Source of the DNA: Collinsella sp. CAG:166 | GTDB taxonomy: Bacteria > Actinomycetota > Coriobacteriia > Coriobacteriales > Coriobacteriaceae | Assembly (NCBI GenBank): GCA_000434535.1 | Contig: FR878731.1 | Coordinates: 1 to 62,308 of the forward strand | Length of the DNA: 62,308 nucleotides | Direction of reading: 5' to 3' | Shown here: in pieces, positions 50,065 through 58,859 of the stretch | How positions within the stretch are numbered: the stretch's first letter is position 1 | Layout: every line of letters begins with the position of its first letter | Program-made: the position numbers and the translations under genes | The notes under the pieces: model-generated | The model's input: the letters and a program-made list of their open reading frames with translations, nothing else | Database searches by the model: none | Told to the model about the DNA's origin: nothing

Positions 50065-51114
50065 CTAGCGAACAACGTGGACGGCAGGACCGCCTGGCAC
50101 CGGCTCGCACACGCGACCGACGACGGCGGCAATACGTCCTTCGGCATGCAGACGGCGCGCAAGCTCATCCACATCGGCAGCAGGTGCCGCGATGAGCAGG
50201 CCACCAGACGTCTGCGGATCGTACAGCGCATCCAACATGCCCGGCTCCAGGTCTTCGTCGGCAGCCACGCGCGGGCCAAAGAAGTCCTGGTTGCGGTAGG
50301 AGCCCGCGGGGATAATGCCCAGACGCGCCATGTCGAGCACCTGGTCAAAGAGTGGAACCGCCCCCGACGCAAGCTCAACCTGCACGCCCGAGCCCTCGGC
50401 CATCTCGCACGCATGCCCGATCAGACCAAAGCCCGTAATGTCAGTACAGCCGTGAAGCTCGAGTCCCTCGGCCAGACGAATCGGAGCCTCGTTGAGAGTG
50501 CGCATCGAGTCAAACATGGCTGCGGCCTCGTCCTGCTCGATAAGCTCGCCCTTAATGGCCGTGGTGATGATGCCCGAGCCGATCGCCTTGGTCAGCAGCA
50601 GAACATCGCCCACGTGTGCGCCGCTGTTGGCGAGCATGCGGTCGAGTGGCACAAAACCGCTCACGGACAGGCCGTACTTGGGCTCGTCGTCGTTGATGGT
50701 GTGGCCGCCCGCGATGGAGCAACCCGCCTCGACGCACTTGTCGGCGCCGCCCGCCAGAATCTGACCGGCGACCTCGATGCCCAGGCAGCTCGGGATGCAC
50801 AGCAAGTTCATGGCATGGCTCGGCCGCCCGCCCATGGCGTAGATGTCCGACAGCGAGTTGGCCGCGGCGATCTGGCCAAACAGGAACGGGTCGTCGACCA
50901 TCGGCGGGAAGAAGTCGATGGACTGCACGAGACCAAGGTTCTCCCCTACGCGGAAGACGCTCGCATCGTCGGAGGTATCGAACCCCACGAGCAAGTTGTC
51001 GTTATGCACATTGGGTAAATCGCCCAGGACCTGGGCGAGGGCTCCGGGGGCCAACTTAGCGGCTCAACCGCTCGCGGCCGTCATGGACGTGAGCCTCATG
51101 GTGTCCTTAGCCAT
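50065..51114 (-). CDS. selD: Selenophosphate synthetase, selenoprotein (UGA = Sec17), 349 aa
   Basis: MAKDTMRLTSMTAASG-TGA(51064-66)-AAKLAPG in frame; DDASV, DFFPP, AANSLSDIYAMGG, TDITGFGL, DPQTSGGLL. Confidence 0.95.
51020..51038 (-). promoter_or_regulatory. Candidate SECIS of selD
   Basis: TCGCCCAG-GTC-CTGGGCGA hairpin 25 nt after UGA. Confidence 0.55.
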
Positions 51115-52324
51115 ACGAACCCCCTTCCAACAAATTAACGACTTTAAGTATACGCCCCAGGCACGCTTCCCAAGAGACCGCCGACGGCTCGAACGTCGAA
51201 GGCGGAGCCGCAAGCGCCTGCGCGATAGCATCTGCCAGTGCGCGCTCAAACAACGGAAGGTCGGCCGCCACGGGCGTGTCGACATCCGTCATACGCGGCG
51301 ACGCCACCCACGTCACGGGAGCACCGGGAAGCATCGCCTCCATCCAGGGACGAACGCCGGGCAAATCGGTCGCCACAACTTTGCAGCCGCACGCGAGGGC
51401 CTCGATCGTCACGAGCGGCAAACCTTCGTAAAACGAAGGCAGCACAAAGACGTCGGAACTGCGGTAGGCACGCACGAGTTCATCGCTATCCAGGCGCCCC
51501 GCCAGCGTCACCGGCACATCCGAGGCCGCGGTCAAGCGCTCGATACGCGCGTACTCGGCATCGTCCCCGCGGCCGCCCACAAGTACCAAGCCAGATGAGC
51601 GGACGCCATCGTCAATCGGCAATGACACAGCTCGAACCAGCGACTCGACGCCCTTTTTAAAGCAAATCTTGCCCACGTACACAAGCGATCCCGGCTGCCT
51701 CGCCACGCTTGCGTCGCGGCAGAAGACGCGATGGTCGTAGCCCGTCCCAATCACGTGGATGCGATCGGCATCGACGCCGCACACCAGGCCAATCTGCTCA
51801 GCCTGCTCAGCGTGGAGCGCAAAGACGGCATCGAGCCGACGAACCGCACTTACGATGCGATCGCGCTCGAGCGCATGCGAACGCAGCTGGCGCAGGTCGG
51901 TCGAATGGCACACGGCAACAACCGGCACGCCCCGGACGCACTCGCGCGCCAATGCGGTCACAAGATACAGGTGATGGCAGAGCACCAGATCGGGCCGAAA
52001 CTCAGCCACCGCCCGATCGATTGCAGCAGCAAATGCCCGCTCAAATGCCTTGAGCATCGAAGGCGTCAGGTCACGATAGCGCGTGGAGGGATAGGGCATG
52101 ACATCGGACATACCGCAGATGGGAAACGGCAGCTCGGGCGACTCGAACGGTACGGCAAACACGGCAGCACGCCGGTCCAGCTCGCCTTGGGTATCACCCG
52201 GTGCCGCGCCGCAAAGCACGGCGGCGCGATGCCCCGTCTCGATCTGTTCGCGTACGAGCGCGGCAAGGTAGGTGCCGCTGCCGGTGCTATCTGGTTTTTG
52301 CGCCGAGATATTGAGGATGCGCAT
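51107..52324 (-). CDS. GT-B/family 4 glycosyltransferase
   Basis: MRILNISAQKPDSTGSG, YVGKICFKKG, FVLPSFYEGLPLVTIEALACG (EX7E); overlaps selD start. Confidence 0.85.
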   Translation of the reverse strand: MRILNISAQKPDSTGSGTYLAALVREQIETGHRAAVLCGAAPGDTQGELDRRAAVFAVPFESPELPFPICGMSDVMPYPSTRYRDLTPSMLKAFERAFAAAIDRAVAEFRPDLVLCHHLYLVTALARECVRGVPVVAVCHSTDLRQLRSHALERDRIVSAVRRLDAVFALHAEQAEQIGLVCGVDADRIHVIGTGYDHRVFCRDASVARQPGSLVYVGKICFKKGVESLVRAVSLPIDDGVRSSGLVLVGGRGDDAEYARIERLTAASDVPVTLAGRLDSDELVRAYRSSDVFVLPSFYEGLPLVTIEALACGCKVVATDLPGVRPWMEAMLPGAPVTWVASPRMTDVDTPVAADLPLFERALADAIAQALAAPPSTFEPSAVSWEACLGRILKVVNLLEGGSYG

Positions 52325-52338
52325 GTCGCGGTACACCC

Positions 52339-53103
52339 CTAGGCCAAGGCGGCGGCGCGGACAGCCGCGCCGATCGCTCCGGCAAAGCGAGCTTGGGGCG
52401 AGGTGGTCACCGGCGACCCCAGTAGCTCGCCCAACCGCTCCACCACGAAGGCGTTCTCGCACAGGCCACCGGTCAGGTAGTACGGGGCGCCCGCGGCCTG
52501 CCCGGCCATGGTCGCCACGCGCGATACGACACTCTCAATCACACCACGGGCGATGTTCTCGCGCGGCTCACCACGGCCGATCAGGCTGATGACCTCGCTT
52601 TCGGCAAACACCGTGCACATGCTGGAAATCTTGGTAGGCTCGCCGGTGCGGGCGAGGTCTGCCATCTGCTGCTGGGTAATGCCCAGGCGGTCGGCCATGA
52701 TCTCCAAAAAGCGCCCCGTGCCGGCGGCGCACTTGTCGTTCATGGCAAATTTGGCCACGCGGCCGCCTTTAAGCTGGATGACCTTGGTGTCCTGACCACC
52801 CACATCGATCACGGTGCCATGGTCACCAAACAGACGCACGGCACCGGTGCCGTGGCAGGTGATCTCGGTCACGACCTTGTGCGCATAGGGCACGGCAACA
52901 CGGCCGTAGCCAGTCGCGACCACGCGAACATCGTCGCCCGTCACGTCGTAGCCGGCCGCTGCCAGTGCCTCGCGCAGCCGCTCGGAAGCATCGACCGAGG
53001 AAAACCCGGTTGGCTGCACGCACGTCCACGCCACCGAACCCTCCCCGTCGACCACAGCAGCCTTAGCCGCCGTAGACCCGATATCGATCCCGATCCCTAT
53101 CAT
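52339..53103 (-). CDS. ASKHA ATPase electron-transfer activator (HgdC/BadF-type; DCCP reductase-like)
   Basis: GIDIGST, ATGYGR, TEITCH, DVGGQDTK, MNDKCAAGTG, CTVFAESE. Confidence 0.9.
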   Translation of the reverse strand: MIGIGIDIGSTAAKAAVVDGEGSVAWTCVQPTGFSSVDASERLREALAAAGYDVTGDDVRVVATGYGRVAVPYAHKVVTEITCHGTGAVRLFGDHGTVIDVGGQDTKVIQLKGGRVAKFAMNDKCAAGTGRFLEIMADRLGITQQQMADLARTGEPTKISSMCTVFAESEVISLIGRGEPRENIARGVIESVVSRVATMAGQAAGAPYYLTGGLCENAFVVERLGELLGSPVTTSPQARFAGAIGAAVRAAALA

Positions 53104-53155
53104 GGCTCTCTCCCAATCTAAACATCAAAGGTAGCGGCGCGTTCAGGCGCCTTAG

Positions 53156-53265
53156 CTCTAGGTTTCTCAGGTGCCGGAGATTGCCCCGAAAGAGGAGCGC
53201 AGCGTACTTTGGGTACGCAAGCGACGGTTTGAGGGGCAAGATCCGGTGCCTGAGGAAGCTAGAGG
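53156..53265. repeat. Palindromic element family D, copy 1
   Basis: CTCTAGGTTTCTCAGGTGCCGGA...GAGGAGCGCAGCGTACTTTGGGTACG...TCCGGTGCCTGAGGAAGCTAGAG. Confidence 0.7.
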
Positions 53266-54422
53266 GTTTCGATGAAGGCGGCGATGCGCGTCTCGATCTG
53301 GCCCATGTCGCCGTTGCTGTAGTCGGTCTCGATCTTCATGTACGGAACACCCGCACCCTCGACGGCCTCCTGCATGCGCGCGCTCTCAACGTTGAAGGTG
53401 TGGCAGGCCTGCAGCACGCTCTCCACTACGCCATCGACGTGATACTTCTCGCACATGACCAGCGTGTTTTCCATACGACCGTCGTTGGGCGTCATGACCG
53501 AGCAGTTAATGTCCAGGTAGCGGTCGGCGATGGCGCGCAGGATGTCGGGAGCCTCCGGGTCGATCATCATGGCCGCCGTGCGCTCGCCCGAGCAGTCGTC
53601 CATGCACACGACCACACCGCCGTTGGACTCGATGGTGCGACCGATCTTGTTGATTACACCGCCCACCGGGCAGCCGGTGATCAGAATGCGCTTGGCATCC
53701 GCCGCAACCGGGCGCTCGCCCGCGTCGTAGGCCTCGCGCAGCTTGGCAACCTTTTGCTCCAGCTGCTGCGTATAGGCCTCGATATCAAAGCTAAACGTAC
53801 CGGCGAACATGGTGCTCATCAGGTCGACGCCGCTCATGGCCGCCGGTTGGTTAGCCTGCAGCGCAAACATCTCGAGCTGGGCGGCACGCAGGCGGTTGCG
53901 ACGACGAACGGCAGCGCGCAGGTCGTCATCGGTAATCGTGATGCCGTAGAAGTTCTCGAGCTCCTCCTTGAGCAGGCGGCACTCCTCGTACCAGCCTTCA
54001 CGCTCGTAGGCGCGATCGCGACCCTGCGGCAGGTGCAGAATGTGCGTGCGCTTGAGCTCGTTGAGTAACTCGTACATCTTCTTCTTGCCGTCGCAGGTGG
54101 TCTCGCCGATGATCATGTCGCTAAAGTACGTAAACGGGCACTTTTGCGAGTAGGCAAAGCCGTACGTCGACTTGATGAGCGGGCAGAGGTTTGCCGGCAG
54201 CACCTTCTCGGCCTCGGGAATCACCTCGTCGGATGTGCCGCACAAGGCCACACTTGCAGCGCCCGCGGCATCGATAATCTCGAGCGGCGTGTAGCTGCAC
54301 AGAAAACCGATCAGGCGATTACCGGCCTGCTTGTAATCCTTGACGCGAATAAACGACGCCTTGCGCTGCTCGTTGAACTCCTCAAACGTGGACGGCAACG
54401 GCTGCTCAATATATTCCGACAT
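53259..54422 (-). CDS. 2-hydroxyacyl-CoA dehydratase family / double-cubane cluster protein (paralog 2)
   Basis: [53 protein letters not shown]. Confidence 0.82.
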   Translation of the reverse strand: MSEYIEQPLPSTFEEFNEQRKASFIRVKDYKQAGNRLIGFLCSYTPLEIIDAAGAASVALCGTSDEVIPEAEKVLPANLCPLIKSTYGFAYSQKCPFTYFSDMIIGETTCDGKKKMYELLNELKRTHILHLPQGRDRAYEREGWYEECRLLKEELENFYGITITDDDLRAAVRRRNRLRAAQLEMFALQANQPAAMSGVDLMSTMFAGTFSFDIEAYTQQLEQKVAKLREAYDAGERPVAADAKRILITGCPVGGVINKIGRTIESNGGVVVCMDDCSGERTAAMMIDPEAPDILRAIADRYLDINCSVMTPNDGRMENTLVMCEKYHVDGVVESVLQACHTFNVESARMQEAVEGAGVPYMKIETDYSNGDMGQIETRIAAFIETL

Positions 54423-54459
54423 ATAACTCCTTAACAAACCTTTTAACCAACCAAGGAAA

Positions 54460-54546
54460 CGGCTTTCCCAGGTGCCCGAGGTTGCCGTGAAAGAGAAGCG
54501 CCGCGTACTTTGTTGAACGGCAAGATCGGGTGCCTGGGGAAGCCGC
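54460..54546. repeat. Palindromic element family D, copy 2
   Basis: CGGCTTTCCCAGGTGCCCGA...GAGAAGCGCCGCGTACTTTG...TCGGGTGCCTGGGGAAGCCG. Confidence 0.7.
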
Positions 54547-54560
54547 CGGGACGGATACCC

Positions 54561-55844
54561 CTAAATGGTTTCTAAGAACGCCTCAATGCGCGTCTGCAGC
54601 TGGCCTGCGTCCTCGCCGGCGTAGTCGGTGGTGATATGCATAAACGGGATGCCCGCCTCCTCAGCGGCCTTCTCGACCTGGAAGGACTCCATCTCATAGA
54701 GCGTGCAGAACTGCAGGGCCACGTCGACGATGCCATCGGCATGCAGGTCCTTGGCCATCTGGACAATGTCCTTCATACGCTGGTCGTTGGGCGTAAAGAC
54801 GGCGCAGTTGATCTTGAAGTAGCGCTCGGCGATGTCGTCGAGCATCTCGTCGACCGTCTCGCCGGACTCGTCGACCAGGTCCTTGTAGTAGCGCGAGCCC
54901 GTGCAGGACTCCTCGCCGACCACAACGCCGCCGGCCTTCTCGATGAGGTTGAACAGCTTCCAGTTGGGCACGGCCATGGGCGTGCCGGTGTACAGGATGC
55001 GCTTGGTCCCCTTGGGCGCCACGCCCTCGCCGGCCTCGACACGCTGCTCGCACTCAGCCGCCATATCGTTGATGGCTCCGGTCAGACGCGGCGTGTCGTC
55101 CATAAAGGCGGCCTGAACGGTCAGCAGGCTGTCGAGACCGCTGATGGGCGCAGGGTCGGCAGCGCGGGTCGCAGCGAGGCGCTGCAGGGCGCGGCGCTTC
55201 TCATTGACGGCGTGGATGGCAGCCTTCAGACGCTCGGGCGTAATCTTGACGCCGCACTCGTCCTCGATCTTGGCGGCGAGCTTCTTGACCTCGGCCTTCC
55301 AGGTCACGAGCGTCGACTCGTCGTGCACGTTGGGAATATCCATGACGTACATGTTCTTTTGCGTGGCAAAGAACTCGTAGGCTTTCTTCTTGCCATCGCA
55401 GGTGTTCTCGCCTACCACCAGGTCACTCGACTCAATGTAGGGGCAGACCTCGCCCAGCTTAAAGCCGGCAAAGCTCTTGATAAGCGGACAGGTGTTGCGC
55501 GGCAGATGCTCCTCGACCTTATCGGTTGCCCAATCGGCACCCGAGCACAGACCCACGGGGATACCGTCGCAGGCGAGAACAATCTCCTCGGGCACGTAGA
55601 CGCAGAAGCTGCCAACAATCTTGGTGGCCTCGCCGGCCTCCTTCTTGTCGAGCATCTCCTTAATGCGGCCGCTGTGGATGTTGGTGGCGACAAAATCCAG
55701 GTAGGACGTGGACTTGGGGCGATTGTTCTGCGTCAGGAACATATCGCCGTACATCTGGCCCACGGCACCCAGCAGCATGTCGTGGTCGGCAAGATTCATG
55801 CCGAGGCTCTCCCACATCGGATGGAAATCGAATTCTTCAGCCAT
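54561..55844 (-). CDS. Double-cubane cluster-containing reductase-like protein (paralog 1)
   Basis: SFCVYVPEE, GLCSG, NTCPLIKS, VCPY, ENTCDGKKK, EESCTG, INCAVFTPN, QFCT. Confidence 0.82.
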   Translation of the reverse strand: MAEEFDFHPMWESLGMNLADHDMLLGAVGQMYGDMFLTQNNRPKSTSYLDFVATNIHSGRIKEMLDKKEAGEATKIVGSFCVYVPEEIVLACDGIPVGLCSGADWATDKVEEHLPRNTCPLIKSFAGFKLGEVCPYIESSDLVVGENTCDGKKKAYEFFATQKNMYVMDIPNVHDESTLVTWKAEVKKLAAKIEDECGVKITPERLKAAIHAVNEKRRALQRLAATRAADPAPISGLDSLLTVQAAFMDDTPRLTGAINDMAAECEQRVEAGEGVAPKGTKRILYTGTPMAVPNWKLFNLIEKAGGVVVGEESCTGSRYYKDLVDESGETVDEMLDDIAERYFKINCAVFTPNDQRMKDIVQMAKDLHADGIVDVALQFCTLYEMESFQVEKAAEEAGIPFMHITTDYAGEDAGQLQTRIEAFLETI

Positions 55845-55961
55845 AACGGTTCCCCTCTCGAACCAAAAATGAGTAGCTACGGTATTGCTGCACGGTGGGT
55901 GGCGAAAACCCAGCCGCGCCTAAACCCGGAATTTTGGGGAACCTGCTTTGCGGTCGATTAT

Positions 55962-56072
55962 TTAGTTGTGCGTCGTCTCTCCCGGAGCCGTGAACATACC
56001 TGCTCATATGCGACTCCGAGCCATATACAGGGCGCGCGCGGCAACGCGGCGAATGTATGTCGTCTGCGGCAT
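55962..56072 (-). CDS. Putative leader peptide with in-frame UGA (22 aa if stop, 36 aa if Sec)
   Basis: AAAGGAGG RBS (56081-56088), ATG 56072, MPQTTYIRRVAARALYMARSRI-TGA(56004-06)-AGMFTAPGETTHN-TAA. Confidence 0.5.
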
Positions 56073-56274
56073 GTGCGCACCCTCCTTTACAAGATAAGAT
56101 CAACTATATCAACGGTCATCGACCATGCGAACACCGTTGACATTCGTACGACAGCATCGTGTGCCGTCGTTTAATAAACAATTCTCTTGATTGATAAGAG
56201 TTTGTCATCTCTCATTCGGCGAACGGCAGAAACAAAGCCGCCGAGGCTTATATCCCCGACGGCATTACCCGGCG

Positions 56275-57345
56275 CTATCGACAAACCAAATGGATCCTGC
56301 TGGCATCGAAGTGCATGCGCAGCGTCTCGCCTGCTTGCGGTAGCTCGTCGACAGGCACGCCCACCTTGTTGACCTTCCACTGCAGACGCGTGGGCGCATC
56401 AGCGCGCGGCACGTCCAGCAGCACCAGCCGCTCAAAGCGCGAATCGCTCACACGGGCCACATGCAAATCGTAGCTGTTACGGCCCCGCTCAACGCGATTA
56501 TCAATATGGAAATAGCTTGCGCGAACGCCCAGGTACGCCACATTATCGGGGACCTCGCGGCCCACGTTAAAGGTCATGCCCCAGTCGAGGGCCTCAACTT
56601 CTTCGTCGCCGATTTTGCGCGCACGGCTTGTGTTCTTGCAGCCAGTTAGGCGCAGCGCCGCCAGCGTCTGCGGACGGCGGACCACGTCCTCGACGGAGCC
56701 GAGCTCCTCAACATGCCCGTCGTGCATCACACAGATGCGCTGGCACAGGCGGCATGCCTCGTCGATGTCGTGGCTCACGTAGAGCACGGTGCGGTTGCAG
56801 ACATCGAACAGGTCGAGCATATTCTGCTCGAGGGCGCTCTTGAGGTACGCATCGAGCGCACTCATGGGCTCGTCGAACATAAAAATGCCCGGATGCGCCG
56901 CCACCATGCGGGCAAGCGCCACGCGTTGTTGCTGGCCGCCCGAGAGCCGCGCGGGATAACGGTCGGCGAAATCGGCCAGGCCAAAGATGCCCAGATAGCG
57001 CTCGGCCAGCCTTTTTCGCGCCGCGGCGTCGCCCGCGTCCTTTACACCGGCACATACGTTATCGGCCACCGTCATGCTGGGAAACAGCTGATAGTTTTGG
57101 AACAGCAGGGCGCATTTTCGCTCCTGGGGCGACAGGTTGATGCCCGCCGCCGAGTCAAAAAAGGTCACGCCGTTGACGACGATCTTGCCCTCGTCGGGCG
57201 TCTCCACGCCGGCGATGCAGCGCAGCGTACAGCTCTTGCCGCAACCCGAGGCACCGAGCAGCGCCACACGATCCTCGCCGGCCTCAAGCTGCATGTCGAG
57301 CATAAACCCGGGATAGCGCTTTTTGATATCCAGAACGAGCGACAT
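56275..57345 (-). CDS. modC: Molybdate ABC transporter ATPase
   Basis: GASGCGKS, LSGGQQQRVALAR, DEPMSALD, VSHD. Confidence 0.88.
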   Translation of the reverse strand: MSLVLDIKKRYPGFMLDMQLEAGEDRVALLGASGCGKSCTLRCIAGVETPDEGKIVVNGVTFFDSAAGINLSPQERKCALLFQNYQLFPSMTVADNVCAGVKDAGDAAARKRLAERYLGIFGLADFADRYPARLSGGQQQRVALARMVAAHPGIFMFDEPMSALDAYLKSALEQNMLDLFDVCNRTVLYVSHDIDEACRLCQRICVMHDGHVEELGSVEDVVRRPQTLAALRLTGCKNTSRARKIGDEEVEALDWGMTFNVGREVPDNVAYLGVRASYFHIDNRVERGRNSYDLHVARVSDSRFERLVLLDVPRADAPTRLQWKVNKVGVPVDELPQAGETLRMHFDASRIHLVCR

Positions 57346-57348
57346 GGC

Positions 57349-58791
57349 CTATCGACCTCCCTGCAAAGCGGCATCATCGCGCATGAGCTCGGCCAGCGCC
57401 TCGCGATCGATACGCAAGGCATCGCCGCCCGCCGGGTCGAGCGAATCGCCCTGTCCGGCAAGATCTTTGATCCGCTTGCGCTCCGCACGGGAAAGGCCCC
57501 GCTCGCGATACTTTTGCGAATGCGCCGTGTACATGTTGATGAATAGGATGACCAGGAAACTGAACGCAATCACAACGGCGACCCAAAAGAGGGCCACCGA
57601 CGTATTGCCGCCCATCCACTCAAAGTAAATCGCAATGGGAATGGTCTGCGTAATGCCGGCATAGTTGCCCGCAAAGAACAGCGTGCAGCCAAACTCTCCC
57701 ATCGCGCGGGCAAAGGCGAGGACCGTACCAGCGGCAATAGAAGGCCACCCAAGCGGCATCATAAGCTTGGCAAAGATGCGACGCTCGGACCATCCCAGGG
57801 TTCGCGCGGCGTCAAGCATCTGCGTGTCGAGGCTCTCAAAGGCGCCGAGCGCCGTACGGTAGACCAGGGGGAACGATACCACCACGGCAGAGATCACCGC
57901 CGCCGGCCACGTAAAGACAATCGAGACGCCGTGCGCAATCAGCCACTGGCCCACCCCGGTCGAGCGACCAAACAGCATAAGCAGCAAAAAGCCGCAGACC
58001 GTGGGCGGCAACACCATGGGGATGGTAAAGACCGAGTCGAGCAGGCCCTTGATGCGACTCGAGGTACCCATAGTCTTCCACGCGGCGAACAGGCCCAGCG
58101 CAAGGGAGATCACCAGGGCAAGGCCGCTCGTTTTAATGGACACCCAAAACGGGCGATAGTCGATGTCGCCCAAAAAGGAGACCAGAGAGGTCAAGGGCCC
58201 TTGCTCATCCCGCAACATGACAGACGACGCCTCTACCATTTGAGCGCTATCAAGCCAACGCGCGCCGCCCTTGGCATCACCCGAGGCTGATGCAATCACC
58301 ACATAGCGGTCCCCATCCGCACCGCGCTCGTCAAAGCCATAGGTATACCCACCGGCATCAAACGTTGTTTCCGCCGTGACATACCAAGGAAGATTCACGT
58401 CCCCTAGCTGCGCACCTCCCATGCAGTTTGCGCTGTCGAGCTTACAGACGAGGGCCTTGAGACCCGATACGCACTCGTTATCCTGCGGATCCAACCCATA
58501 CTTCTCGACCGCCTTGGGCGACATCCACACCACAACGCGATCGGCAGCAGGTGCCACTACAAGGTCCACGTCCTCGTCAACGGGAAACCGATAGCCCTCA
58601 GGCTGGCCCTCCATGGCACGAGCGGTCCCCTTGGCCAACCGCTCAAAACCCTCGATCCCATAGGAAAGCCCATGGGCGGTCGCAGCAACCTGGGCCCCGT
58701 CCTCAGCGTCCCCAGCAAACGCAAATCCCGGCACCCAGCAAAGCGCGAAGGTCAAAGCACAGGCGACAAGCATGCGGAATCTATTAAGCAC
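57349..58791 (-). CDS. modB: Molybdate ABC permease with ~220-aa N-terminal extracytoplasmic extension
   Basis: PMVLPPTVCG, AARTLG (EAA loop), FARAMGEFG; signal-like N-terminus; start uncertain (58791/58773). Confidence 0.82.
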   Translation of the reverse strand: MLNRFRMLVACALTFALCWVPGFAFAGDAEDGAQVAATAHGLSYGIEGFERLAKGTARAMEGQPEGYRFPVDEDVDLVVAPAADRVVVWMSPKAVEKYGLDPQDNECVSGLKALVCKLDSANCMGGAQLGDVNLPWYVTAETTFDAGGYTYGFDERGADGDRYVVIASASGDAKGGARWLDSAQMVEASSVMLRDEQGPLTSLVSFLGDIDYRPFWVSIKTSGLALVISLALGLFAAWKTMGTSSRIKGLLDSVFTIPMVLPPTVCGFLLLMLFGRSTGVGQWLIAHGVSIVFTWPAAVISAVVVSFPLVYRTALGAFESLDTQMLDAARTLGWSERRIFAKLMMPLGWPSIAAGTVLAFARAMGEFGCTLFFAGNYAGITQTIPIAIYFEWMGGNTSVALFWVAVVIAFSFLVILFINMYTAHSQKYRERGLSRAERKRIKDLAGQGDSLDPAGGDALRIDREALAELMRDDAALQGGR

Positions 58792-58859
58792 GAAAAGCTC
58801 CAAGCGAATACAAGGACGGAGTGAAACACAAAACGATGGAATTATCGCGCCAAGCCGCA

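Noticed and set aside
55837..56103. 88-aa ORF from the track upstream of DCCP1
   Set aside because: TTG start without RBS; the strong RBS points to the ATG at 56072 in another frame.
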